Assembly: GCA_003345595.1 (NCBI GenBank)
Contig: PRDI01000020.1
Coordinates: 1-31,336 of the forward strand
Source of the DNA: Candidatus Thorarchaeota archaeon
Lineage (GTDB): Archaea > Asgardarchaeota > Thorarchaeia > Thorarchaeales > Thorarchaeaceae
Direction of reading: 5' to 3'
DNA length: 31,336 nucleotides
A program made the translations under genes and the position numbers. Below the pieces are notes generated by a model. It did not search any database. It was not told the origin of the DNA and worked only from the letters and a program-made list of their open reading frames with translations. Shown in pieces: positions 17,238-25,699 of this stretch (position 1 is its first letter; every line of letters starts with the position of its first letter).

Positions 17238-17918
17238 ATGAGTAGCAAGCAAAGAAGACGTCGAGCACCCCGTGCCGAGGAAGAACCTCAACAGGAGTGG
17301 ACTCCAAGAACAAGACTGGGGCATATGGTCAAGGAAGGCCACGTCAACAGCCTAGAGGAGATCCTCGCCAACAACTACATCATACGGGAAGCACAGATTG
17401 TGGATGCCCTCTTTCCAGAGCTCAGACAGGAGGTCGTTGATGTGAGCATGGTCCAGCGACAGTCGGACTCTGGTGAGTTGAGGAGCTTCCGTATCACCGT
17501 GGTCGTTGGCAATGGCGAAGGAGTCATAGGAGTTGGCGTGGGCAAAGCGCCAGAGTTTGTCCCAGCAGTCAGAGCAGCAGAGGCCAGGGCAAAGCTGAAC
17601 ATCACCGTCTTCCGGAGAGGCTGCGGGTCATGGGAGTGTAGATGTGACGACCTTCACAGCATCCCGTTCGAGGTCCGTGGAGCTTCAGGGTCTGTATGGG
17701 TAGAACTGAAGCCTGCACCAAAGGGGACAGGTCTTGTGACCGCGGACGTCGGAAAACTGGTGTTGAGAATTGCTGGCCTAAAGGACGTCTGGTCGATAAC
17801 GAAAGGTCGATCTCGCACATCCTCTAACTTCGCCAAGGCGTTCGTGTATGCTCTCACGAAGACATACCGGATGCTGCCGCCCCAAGAGTGGGCATCCGCC
17901 GGAGTGTATGGCACATGA
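17238..17918 (+). CDS. rps5: 30S ribosomal protein uS5
   Basis: WTPRTRLG, RGCGSWEC, PAPKGTGLV. Confidence 0.97.
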   Translation: MSSKQRRRRAPRAEEEPQQEWTPRTRLGHMVKEGHVNSLEEILANNYIIREAQIVDALFPELRQEVVDVSMVQRQSDSGELRSFRITVVVGNGEGVIGVGVGKAPEFVPAVRAAEARAKLNITVFRRGCGSWECRCDDLHSIPFEVRGASGSVWVELKPAPKGTGLVTADVGKLVLRIAGLKDVWSITKGRSRTSSNFAKAFVYALTKTYRMLPPQEWASAGVYGT

Positions 17919-18397
17919 GTGGAAAAGAGAGCGTGATTCTGGCAATACGACTGAGAGGACTCCCACGGGTAGCACCAGAGATAGAGGACACTCTCGGAAA
18001 GCTGAAACTCGGAAGGGTGCACCAGGCAAGGGTCCTCAAACTGACGCCCAGCCTTCGCGGCATGATAGTCAGAGCAAAGGACTATATCACCTGGGGGCCG
18101 ATATCCGAGGAAACTGCTGTGTTGCTTGTTTCAAAGCGGGGCCGCTTGCCGGGCAATAAGCACCTCACTGATGAGTACGTCAAGAAGAACTCCGGTTACA
18201 GGTCCATGGAAGCTTTTGCGAAGGCTCTGGCATCGGGCGCCGCAAGCATCCCGGAGATTGAGGGACTCAAACCGGTGTTCAGATTGACACCGCCCAAGAA
18301 GGGTTTCAAGGGTCGGATACAACTCCCTGTCAGAATGGGTGGGGTGACAGGGGACAGAGGACAAGCCATAAACGAGTTTGCGCAACGTATGATATGA
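17915..18397 (+). CDS. rpl30: 50S ribosomal protein uL30
   Basis: AIRLRG, KDYITWG, VFRLTPPKKGF; ATG 17915 overlaps the rps5 stop. Confidence 0.95.
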   Translation: MSGKESVILAIRLRGLPRVAPEIEDTLGKLKLGRVHQARVLKLTPSLRGMIVRAKDYITWGPISEETAVLLVSKRGRLPGNKHLTDEYVKKNSGYRSMEAFAKALASGAASIPEIEGLKPVFRLTPPKKGFKGRIQLPVRMGGVTGDRGQAINEFAQRMI

Positions 18398-18418
18398 GTA
18401 CTGCTGAGGTGTAAAGGT

Positions 18419-18982
18419 ATGTCACCGGACGAACCGTATGACTTCCATGACGACGATGATGATGACGACGAGCCAAGCAAGGAGCTACGCCGATGGCTCG
18501 GAGAGTTTCTGCCCGAAGAGGCGCTCAAGAACATCGAAGACATGATGGAGAAGATGCTCCACCAGATGGGTGATGGCAGCATGTTTGACCAACGCTTCAT
18601 AGAAGAGTTCATGAAGAACCCACATGAGGTGAACCCATTTGTATTCGGATTCTCAGTCAGAATCGGTCCGGACGGAAAGCCCGTGATTCAGAAGTTCGGC
18701 AACAAAATCCCGGAACAGCCGGGTGAACGAATGACTCCTCGTTTCGAGCCGCTAGTGGATGTCATTGATGAGAAAGAAGAGGTCATAGTCGTAGCAGACC
18801 TACCTGGTGTTGAGAAGGATCAGGTCAAGGTCAGTGTTAGGGGAAAGATACTCACTTTGGATGTCAACAATCCTGATCGGCCCTACCACAGAGAGGTGGA
18901 GCTTCCGGCCAAGGTCAAGAAGGATGAGGCGAAGTCAGCACTTCGCAACGGAGTCCTTGAGGTACGTCTCAAAAAAGCATAG
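18419..18982 (+). CDS. hsp20: Archaeal small heat-shock protein Hsp20 (alpha-crystallin domain)
   Basis: PFVFGFSVRIGPDGKPVIQKFGN, EPLVDVID, ADLPGVEK, NGVLEVRLKK. Confidence 0.93.
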   Translation: MSPDEPYDFHDDDDDDDEPSKELRRWLGEFLPEEALKNIEDMMEKMLHQMGDGSMFDQRFIEEFMKNPHEVNPFVFGFSVRIGPDGKPVIQKFGNKIPEQPGERMTPRFEPLVDVIDEKEEVIVVADLPGVEKDQVKVSVRGKILTLDVNNPDRPYHREVELPAKVKKDEAKSALRNGVLEVRLKKA

Positions 18983-18999
18983 GACTGGAGAGGCCCACG

Positions 19000-19449
19000 A
19001 TGTACAAACGAAAGGAAAAGAGGATACGCGATCTGAGAGGACGGAGGAACGCCGGCTATGGGGATGGCGCCGGGCACCGAGCCTCAGGACAGAGAGGAGG
19101 CCAAGGCATGGCGGGGAGTGAGAAGGGCGACAGGATACGCACCATGAAGCTCGATCCACACTACTTCGGGAAGCATGGCTTCAAGCGTCCTGAAGGAATT
19201 GTCAGTCCTGTTAAGACTATCAACGTAGGCGACCTGGATGAAGCTGTAGACAGGCTTGTGGCCAGGGGACTTGCGACCAAGTCTGGCACGGCATACACGA
19301 TCGACATGGGACGTCTGGGCGTTGATAAGGTGCTAGGCTCAGGGAAGGTTGCACATAAGCTCAACCTCACAGGTGTCAAAGTGATCACTTCTGGCGCAAG
19401 GGAGAAGCTCACCAGTGTCGGGGGCTCAGTAGACCTACCGGAAGAATGA
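19000..19449 (+). CDS. rpl15: 50S ribosomal protein uL15
   Basis: GQRGGQGMAG, FGKHGF, KVLGSG. Confidence 0.95.
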   Translation: MYKRKEKRIRDLRGRRNAGYGDGAGHRASGQRGGQGMAGSEKGDRIRTMKLDPHYFGKHGFKRPEGIVSPVKTINVGDLDEAVDRLVARGLATKSGTAYTIDMGRLGVDKVLGSGKVAHKLNLTGVKVITSGAREKLTSVGGSVDLPEE

Positions 19450-19616
19450 GAAACACACCCGGGTGTCCCCACAGACCATGTTCTGGTTCCCGTGTTGCGT
19501 GAGTATCATATGATCACGTGACCAGAGCTCATCTCAGGAGCGACCGGCGAGCAAGCACATGTGCAAATGAGTGACATCTGTGTTCAGCAGCCCATGCTGT
19601 GCTGGGGCCACCACTA

Positions 19617-19626
19617 TGTTTAAAGG
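19617..19626 (+). promoter_or_regulatory. TATA-box-like element upstream of secY (TGTTTAAAGG)
   Basis: ~49 nt before the start; matches the motif before rpl22 and rpl34e. Confidence 0.5.
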
Positions 19627-19674
19627 CCTAGCCCGGATGCTCGCGGTGAAAACCTGCAGGAGACCATAGGTCAG

Positions 19675-21150
19675 TTGCCATCGACATTTTTGAAGGCCCT
19701 ATCTCCCATGGTCCGGATAATGCCAGAGGTGAAGGCGCCAGGCCGCAAGGTGTCATTCCGAGAGAAAGCGATCTGGACCATTCTTGTGCTTGTCGTGTTC
19801 CTGATCATGTCACACATGCCCCTCTACGGTGTGAATCAAGCAGCAATCACCGACTACCTTTGGGCGATGCGAGTAATCCTCGCAAGCACGAGGGGAACTC
19901 TGATGGAGCTCGGCATAGGGCCAATAGTCACTGCAGGTCTAGTGATGCAGCTCCTCTCAGGTTCGAAGATAATCAACGTTGACTTCAGTGATCCCGAGGA
20001 CAGAGCACTGTTCACAGGCGGCCAGAAGGTGCTCGCAATGTTGATGACTGGATTTCAGGCAGCAGCATACATAGCCGGAAACGCTTATGGTTCGCTCACG
20101 CCGGAGAATGCAGTGCTTGTGTTCGCACAGCTCTTCACATCAGGGCTAGTTGTCATCCTGATGGACGAGCTTGTTCAGAAGGGTTGGGGACTTGGCTCAG
20201 GTGTATCACTCTTCATTATGACCAACGTAGCCGGCGAGGTCATGTACAACATGCTGAACGTCGTCGATACAGAGGCCAGTACCGGTCTTCCGAAGGGCAT
20301 AATTGCAGCAATGGTGTCAAACCTCCTAAGATGGTTTGGCATAGGCGGCGCACCTCCAGTAGATGCGTCTTGGCTGCTGATTAGAGACGGCATCAACCCG
20401 AGCATTTTCTCACTAACAGTGACCTTCGGGATATTCTTCGCAGTCCTATATATGGAGTCCATGCGGGTTGAGATACCCCTCCAATATGCCAAATACAGAG
20501 GAATGAGAGCGAAGTACCCAATCAAGCTACTCTACACATCAAATATCCCAGTGATTCTCGCACAGGCACTTTACGCCAACATCATCTTCTTCACCCAGAT
20601 TATCTACAACACTTGGAATTCAGCGGGAAACAACCCATTCCTCAACCTGCTAGGCGTCTTCGAGAAGGACACGGCGAGCGGCAGGCTGGTGCCGATATAC
20701 GGTCTCGCGAGATACATCACACCTCCACAGGGCATCTTCTCGGTCCTTACCTTGGAACCGTATGATGGCTGGTTCCACGTGATCTTCTACTCCCTGTTCA
20801 TGATATTCCTGTGTTGGGGCTTCAGCCGCATATGGATAGATATTGCTGGCATCGCCCCGCGAGACGTATCAAAACAGCTTCTGAAGTCAGGCTACATTGT
20901 GCCGGGTTTCAGGCGGAGTGAGAAGGTTCTGGAGAGACTGCTTGAGCGATACATTCCAGTGGTGGCAGGACTCGGAGGAGTACTGATTGGTATCCTCGCA
21001 GCTACGGCAGACGTGATGGGTGCGCTGACGAGCGGCACCGGGATACTGCTTATGGTGTCAATCATCAAACAATACTACGAGCAGCTCGCAAGAGAACAGC
21101 TTAGACAAATGGGTGGCGAAGGAATACAGGGTCTGCTCGGCATAGTCTAG
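19675..21150 (+). CDS. secY: Preprotein translocase SecY/Sec61 alpha
   Basis: GTLMELGIGPIVTAG, KGWGLGSGVSLFI, YPIKLLYTSNIPVI, IVPGFR, SGTGILL; TTG start. Confidence 0.98.
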   Translation: MPSTFLKALSPMVRIMPEVKAPGRKVSFREKAIWTILVLVVFLIMSHMPLYGVNQAAITDYLWAMRVILASTRGTLMELGIGPIVTAGLVMQLLSGSKIINVDFSDPEDRALFTGGQKVLAMLMTGFQAAAYIAGNAYGSLTPENAVLVFAQLFTSGLVVILMDELVQKGWGLGSGVSLFIMTNVAGEVMYNMLNVVDTEASTGLPKGIIAAMVSNLLRWFGIGGAPPVDASWLLIRDGINPSIFSLTVTFGIFFAVLYMESMRVEIPLQYAKYRGMRAKYPIKLLYTSNIPVILAQALYANIIFFTQIIYNTWNSAGNNPFLNLLGVFEKDTASGRLVPIYGLARYITPPQGIFSVLTLEPYDGWFHVIFYSLFMIFLCWGFSRIWIDIAGIAPRDVSKQLLKSGYIVPGFRRSEKVLERLLERYIPVVAGLGGVLIGILAATADVMGALTSGTGILLMVSIIKQYYEQLAREQLRQMGGEGIQGLLGIV

Positions 21151-21162
21151 AATAAGCGGCCT

Positions 21163-21208
21163 GTCCAATCAGCCGGGTTGACATGTTCGACCCGGCTCGG
21201 AATTGGAC
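21163..21208. terminator. Strong stem-loop between convergent genes; possible terminator or processing element
   Basis: GTCCAAT/ATTGGAC outer stem plus 11-bp AGCCGGGTTGA/TCGACCCGGCT inner stem. Confidence 0.4.
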
Positions 21209-21273
21209 GCAAATACCCATCATTAGGTGGTTCACAGACGTCCGTGTTGATAGCCAGCATGCTCGCTTTGGGC

Positions 21274-22257
21274 CTACGCCGAGTGTGGACTCCCTCTGGC
21301 CATTGCTCTCCATCTCCAGAAACCGAAACCTACAGTCACAAAGACTAATCCAACGGACAACAGGCCGATTGTCAACGGATCTGGAGAAGTGTATGTTGAT
21401 GGACTTGGAGATACATTGGTTGTGGTGGGCTGAACGGCCGACGCATCGATTAACCAACTAGAAACCCTGAGCAGAACGCCCCATTCAGACTCGGGATCAC
21501 TCAGTTCATCGCCGAATGTGGTGCCGTCTTGATTGCTTCCCTCCTCATACTCAGGATGGGGACTTGACAGAAACACTGTACCTTGACCGTAGTTGAGGGC
21601 TATCATGCCAGGGCGGTCATTGTAATCGTACAGCGCAATGGGAATGATGGCAGCTCCCTCCCGTGGAGAGAAGTACGATGAAGTCCAGTACATTGTTGAA
21701 ACGTTCTCGGGACAATCTGAGAGATCGGGACCTGCGGACGTTCGGTTGATATGCATGATTGTCAAATGCATCGGGTTTCCGGGTTCATTCACGAGTCTCA
21801 CTGACCCGTTGAAGAAGCGTAGTGAGGACGCTCCAAAGATAGAGCCACCGCAGATTCCAAAGTATGAACCACCGTTCCTAACAAAGTCGATGATCTTCTG
21901 TTTTCCGCTTTCGCCCAAGTCGCGACTGTAGCTGGAATAGTACCCACCGGGAAAAGCAATGATGTCGACACTATCTAAGACGCTGCCTTTGACCTCAGCA
22001 GGCGTGACAAACTGAACAGTGGCATTCATCCATTCGAACAGCCGGGCTAATGCCAAGCCGCTGTGATTCAAAGCATCAGGACCCACATAAACAGCCACGC
22101 GAACGCCGTTGAGGTCGCTCCGAGTACTCGTTGCATATCCTGAATCTGCTACAACTGGTGGCAAGAGCATCATGGCGGATGCGATCATAACTAGGGCCAA
22201 GCAAGCTGCTCTGGAATTCATACTGACAGAAGGCCATGTGTACGTATTTGTCACCAC
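21274..22257 (-). CDS. Secreted, membrane-anchored BPL_N / class I glutamine amidotransferase-like protein
   Basis: Signal-peptide-like N-terminus, FPGG, FVRNGGSYFGICGG, SSPHPE, Ser/Thr/Pro linker and C-terminal TM helix. Confidence 0.8.
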   Translation of the reverse strand: MVTNTYTWPSVSMNSRAACLALVMIASAMMLLPPVVADSGYATSTRSDLNGVRVAVYVGPDALNHSGLALARLFEWMNATVQFVTPAEVKGSVLDSVDIIAFPGGYYSSYSRDLGESGKQKIIDFVRNGGSYFGICGGSIFGASSLRFFNGSVRLVNEPGNPMHLTIMHINRTSAGPDLSDCPENVSTMYWTSSYFSPREGAAIIPIALYDYNDRPGMIALNYGQGTVFLSSPHPEYEEGSNQDGTTFGDELSDPESEWGVLLRVSSWLIDASAVQPTTTNVSPSPSTYTSPDPLTIGLLSVGLVFVTVGFGFWRWRAMARGSPHSA

Positions 22258-22495
22258 AGTTCGGCGTGTGAAACTTGACTTTGTTATAACACTCTAGTTT
22301 GGCGCAGCGCCCCGATTCACACAGGCGAGCCGCTGACCGTGAATGAGGATTCTGTTGGAGGGCTCAGGGTCTGAGCGGTCTAGCATTCGTTTGACAGTTA
22401 GGAGACCAATCCGTATGAACCCGGTTTTCCACAGAAGGAGATATAACGAGGACACACGAAGGCGGGCACAGCCTCAATACTGGTGGTTCATGCCG

Positions 22496-23086
22496 ATGGG
22501 CGAAGGAAACAACCTAGTCATAGTCACTGGAATCCCTGGTGTTGGCAAGACGACCGTGATTACGACAGCTGTTGACATGGTGAAGAAGAAGCACAATGAG
22601 ACTGTCATAGTGCTCAACTTTGGGACAGCCATGTTCGAAGTCGCATCGAAGAAGGGCTTGGTGAAGGACCGAGACGAGATGAGGAGACTGCCAACAAAGA
22701 CGCAGAGGCAGATTCAGAAGCTTGCTGGCAAGTCAATCGCCCAGAAAGCGAGGTCGGCCAGAGTCATAGTGGACACGCACACACTGATTCAGACGGGCAA
22801 CGGCTATCTCATCGGGCTCCCCGAGTGGGTCGTCACCGCTCTTGAACCGAAGACCATTGTGTTGGTTGAGGCAGAGCCAGATAAGATTGCTGCCCGCAGA
22901 AGTGAAGACCCCACCCGGACCCGTGATAGCCAAGATGTTGGAGACATAGAAGTTCATCAACAGATGTGCAGGGCTGCTGCAGTCGCTGGTGGCACACTCA
23001 CCGGGGCTACTGTGAGAGTCATCAAGAACCGCCAGGGCCAGGTGGAGGCTGCTGCTGCAGATCTCTATCAGACGCTAATGGAGTAG
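22496..23086 (+). CDS. adkA: Archaeal adenylate kinase
   Basis: VTGIPGVGKTT, NFGTAM, RDEMRRL, VDTH, GLP; start 22496 or 22490. Confidence 0.95.
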   Translation: MGEGNNLVIVTGIPGVGKTTVITTAVDMVKKKHNETVIVLNFGTAMFEVASKKGLVKDRDEMRRLPTKTQRQIQKLAGKSIAQKARSARVIVDTHTLIQTGNGYLIGLPEWVVTALEPKTIVLVEAEPDKIAARRSEDPTRTRDSQDVGDIEVHQQMCRAAAVAGGTLTGATVRVIKNRQGQVEAAAADLYQTLME

Positions 23087-23093
23087 ACATCGG

Positions 23094-23639
23094 ATGCAAG
23101 ACCTGTTCGCCGTATTCCTAGCATGGTTCGAGGTTTTTCGATATCCTCCGTACGCGGGCCTGCTCATAACAGCAGTTTCCTTGGGTGTCACGCTCTTGAG
23201 CAACCTTGCGATGAAACGGTTCTCAGACGTTCGGCGGCTGAAGAGGTACCAAATCGAAATCAAGCAGTACCAAGAGATGCAGAAGAAGGCACAGAAGACA
23301 CAAGATGACAAGCTGTTGCGCAAGGTGAGAAGAAGGAAGGCATACATCGACAGAATCCAGAAAGAGATGCTGGGGGCTCGGTGCAAGCCACTGCTGATCT
23401 TCATGATTCCGTTCATGCTGATCTTCTATCTGTTGTCTGGTTTCTACAACGTAGGCGGTGTGGCCCAAATCGTCGCTGTGATTCCCTTTAATGCGCACAA
23501 GCTCTTGCCGTTTCTCGTAGGCTTTGTGGGTGAACCGACGGCAGGAGGTTTTGGACTGTACTTCTTCTACTTCTACATGCTTGTCGGCTTCGGAGTTGGG
23601 CAGATTGTGCAGAGAGCCATGGGAGTCAACCTGACCTAG
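23094..23639 (+). CDS. DUF106 / EMC3-TMCO1 (Oxa1 superfamily) membrane insertase-like protein
   Basis: TM-coiled coil-TM layout, KPLLIFMIP; conserved position after adk. Confidence 0.88.
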   Translation: MQDLFAVFLAWFEVFRYPPYAGLLITAVSLGVTLLSNLAMKRFSDVRRLKRYQIEIKQYQEMQKKAQKTQDDKLLRKVRRRKAYIDRIQKEMLGARCKPLLIFMIPFMLIFYLLSGFYNVGGVAQIVAVIPFNAHKLLPFLVGFVGEPTAGGFGLYFFYFYMLVGFGVGQIVQRAMGVNLT

Positions 23640-23678
23640 CCTTGGTGACCTTAAATAGAGGCTGCCAGACCAGACTGC

Positions 23679-24239
23679 ATGGGGAAGCCGCGTCTATGTC
23701 CGGGATTCAGCTTGGTTCTTGAGAATGATGCGGCTGAAGCTAGAGCCGGGATTCAGAACGGCCAGTTATGGACCCGCGCCGTGGATCGTAACATCCATCT
23801 TTTTCTGAGAGAGCCTGCCATTCGTGAACTCGCAAGAAGAAGAGACAGCAGAACGGCCGACTTTTGTGAGGCCCTCTTGAAGTCTGGAGATCCTGACGAC
23901 TTCCTTGTTGCTGTTGACACTCTCGCTCAGCTTGGTGGCAACTATGCAGTGACAAGACTGATTGGGCTCTGCCTCGATTGTTTGGTTCACGACCGTGCTA
24001 TCGTTCTCAGCAGGCTCGCTCAACTTGTCACAGGCAACCAAGCCAAACCATTTACTGCAATGATCAGAGAACTCATCATGCCCGGTGAAATCAAAACAAA
24101 AGGATGGACGCCTCTCGCAAAGGAACTCTTGGTGGATGAATGTCGGCGTCAAGGTCTGAGCGTTGCCTTCGTTCACCCAGAGAGCGGCGAAGAAGTTGCC
24201 GTCATAGATGCCTGGCATGAGAGAACACAATTTGAGTAG
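23679..24239 (+). CDS. Hypothetical protein, possibly HEAT/PBS-repeat-like
   Basis: LREPAIRELA, AVDTLAQLGGNYAVTRLI helical pairs; TTAAATA box ends 21 nt before ATG, suggesting a leaderless transcript. Confidence 0.55.
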   Translation: MGKPRLCPGFSLVLENDAAEARAGIQNGQLWTRAVDRNIHLFLREPAIRELARRRDSRTADFCEALLKSGDPDDFLVAVDTLAQLGGNYAVTRLIGLCLDCLVHDRAIVLSRLAQLVTGNQAKPFTAMIRELIMPGEIKTKGWTPLAKELLVDECRRQGLSVAFVHPESGEEVAVIDAWHERTQFE

Positions 24240-24301
24240 CTCCAAGTCCCTCCCAGAGCATATCCGTCATAGACTGCCTGTCGGGGTAGAACCCACCATC
24301 T

Positions 24302-24311
24302 TGTTTAAAAG
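24302..24311 (+). promoter_or_regulatory. TATA-box-like element upstream of rpl34e (TGTTTAAAAG)
   Basis: Identical 10-mer to that upstream of rpl22. Confidence 0.5.
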
Positions 24312-24365
24312 GGAAGTGCGACGGGTTCCCCGAGAACTGACTTAGAAGAGGACTGAGAAGGTAGC

Positions 24366-24632
24366 ATGCGACACGGCGAGCTGACACGGACAAGGGCGAA
24401 CCGCATGGTGAGGACCCCAGGCGGCAGGACCGTGGTTCATCGACGGAAGATATACAGGGCAGAGGGCACATGCACTCTCTGTGGTGCCATAATGTCTCTT
24501 CCAAAAGAGGCGAAACATGGACTTAGCCGAAAGGCAAGCCTTTCGTCCAAGAGACCCAACCGACCATATGGTGGGTTCGCTACATCGAAGGCCGTCAGGC
24601 GCGGCATCGTCAGAAATGCCCGTCAACTGTGA
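24366..24632 (+). CDS. rpl34e: 50S ribosomal protein eL34
   Basis: VRTPGGRTVVH, CTLCG, KRPNRPYGG. Confidence 0.95.
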   Translation: MRHGELTRTRANRMVRTPGGRTVVHRRKIYRAEGTCTLCGAIMSLPKEAKHGLSRKASLSSKRPNRPYGGFATSKAVRRGIVRNARQL

Positions 24633-24633
24633 G

Positions 24634-25200
24634 ATGACGCGCGTCATAACTGTCAGCGGGCTCCACGGTACAGGCAAGAGCTCCGTTGCCGACAGACTTG
24701 CTCAGGATTTTGGCCTGAGAAAAGTTTCTGCAGGAATCATCTTCAGGACGCTTGCCAAGGAGAGAGGGCTGACTCTTGAGGAGTTCAGCAAGGCCGCTGA
24801 AAGCGATACAGAGATTGACAAGATGCTGGACGACACTCTCAAAGAGGAAGCGAAGAAAGGGTTTGTTGTCCTTGATGGCCAGCTCGCGGCGTGGATGGCT
24901 GGTGAACATGCCGACCTCAGAATACTCCTCACTGCGCCATTGGACGTCAGGGTCAAGCGCATTGCCGATCGTGATGGTGGTGACTTCAAGTTCGCCAAAC
25001 GTGAAACCATTGCGCGAGAGAGAAGCGAGAAGGCCAGATACACGAAGCTGTATGGAATCAACATTGCAGACACGACGGTCTATGACATAGTCCTGAACAC
25101 AGACAAGTACGACCTAGAGGGTGTCGTGGCGGTTCTCAAGGCGGCTATCGGGTTATACTTTGCTTCGGTTGAGGGAAAAGCGCATCAAGCGGAAGACTGA
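24634..25200 (+). CDS. cmk: Archaeal cytidylate kinase
   Basis: ITVSGLHGTGKS, SAGIIFR, R.RIADRD, RYTKLYGI; start ATG 24634. Confidence 0.93.
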   Translation: MTRVITVSGLHGTGKSSVADRLAQDFGLRKVSAGIIFRTLAKERGLTLEEFSKAAESDTEIDKMLDDTLKEEAKKGFVVLDGQLAAWMAGEHADLRILLTAPLDVRVKRIADRDGGDFKFAKRETIARERSEKARYTKLYGINIADTTVYDIVLNTDKYDLEGVVAVLKAAIGLYFASVEGKAHQAED

Positions 25201-25308
25201 TATCAGCAGGCGTGGCCGGACCCGCAATCTCCAGTCGGTCCAAAGGGATGAAACTCGGAGGCGACTCCGTGGCTTCGCGTGACTGAGGACAGGTCGAGGT
25301 GAAGAATA

Positions 25309-25590
25309 ATGAAACTGTTTGAAACTGGAAGAGTATGTGTGAAGACAATGGGTCGCGAAACTGGTAGCTACTGCGTCATTGTGAGCATAGAGGACGAAAC
25401 ACGCGTCATTATCACAGGCCCCAAGAACCTGAGTGGAGTCCGAAGACGTCCATGCAACATCAAGCATCTTGAACCACTTGAAACTGTGCTTCCGATCTCC
25501 AAGGGATCCGATGACGAAGCTGTCGAGAAGGCAATCTCAGATGCGGGCCTGACAGAGAAGTTCAGGAGCAAGATCAGGTTTACGCCGTAG
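25309..25590 (+). CDS. rpl14e: 50S ribosomal protein eL14
   Basis: GRVCVKTMGRETG, ITGPK, GVRRR..NIKHLEP. Confidence 0.96.
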   Translation: MKLFETGRVCVKTMGRETGSYCVIVSIEDETRVIITGPKNLSGVRRRPCNIKHLEPLETVLPISKGSDDEAVEKAISDAGLTEKFRSKIRFTP

Positions 25591-25699
25591 AAACAACTCT
25601 GGTTGATGTGGCTTGTTTCGTGCGGCCTCGAAGACTCTATCAACCAGCTCATCGATGCGCAGGCTGCCTTTGAGATGACTGCTGGGAGGAAATTCGAAG

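Noticed and set aside
25197-25300. Hammerhead ribozyme in the cmk-rpl14e spacer
   Set aside because: CTGA and GAAA are present, but not in the CUGANGA-stem-GAAA order and spacing required
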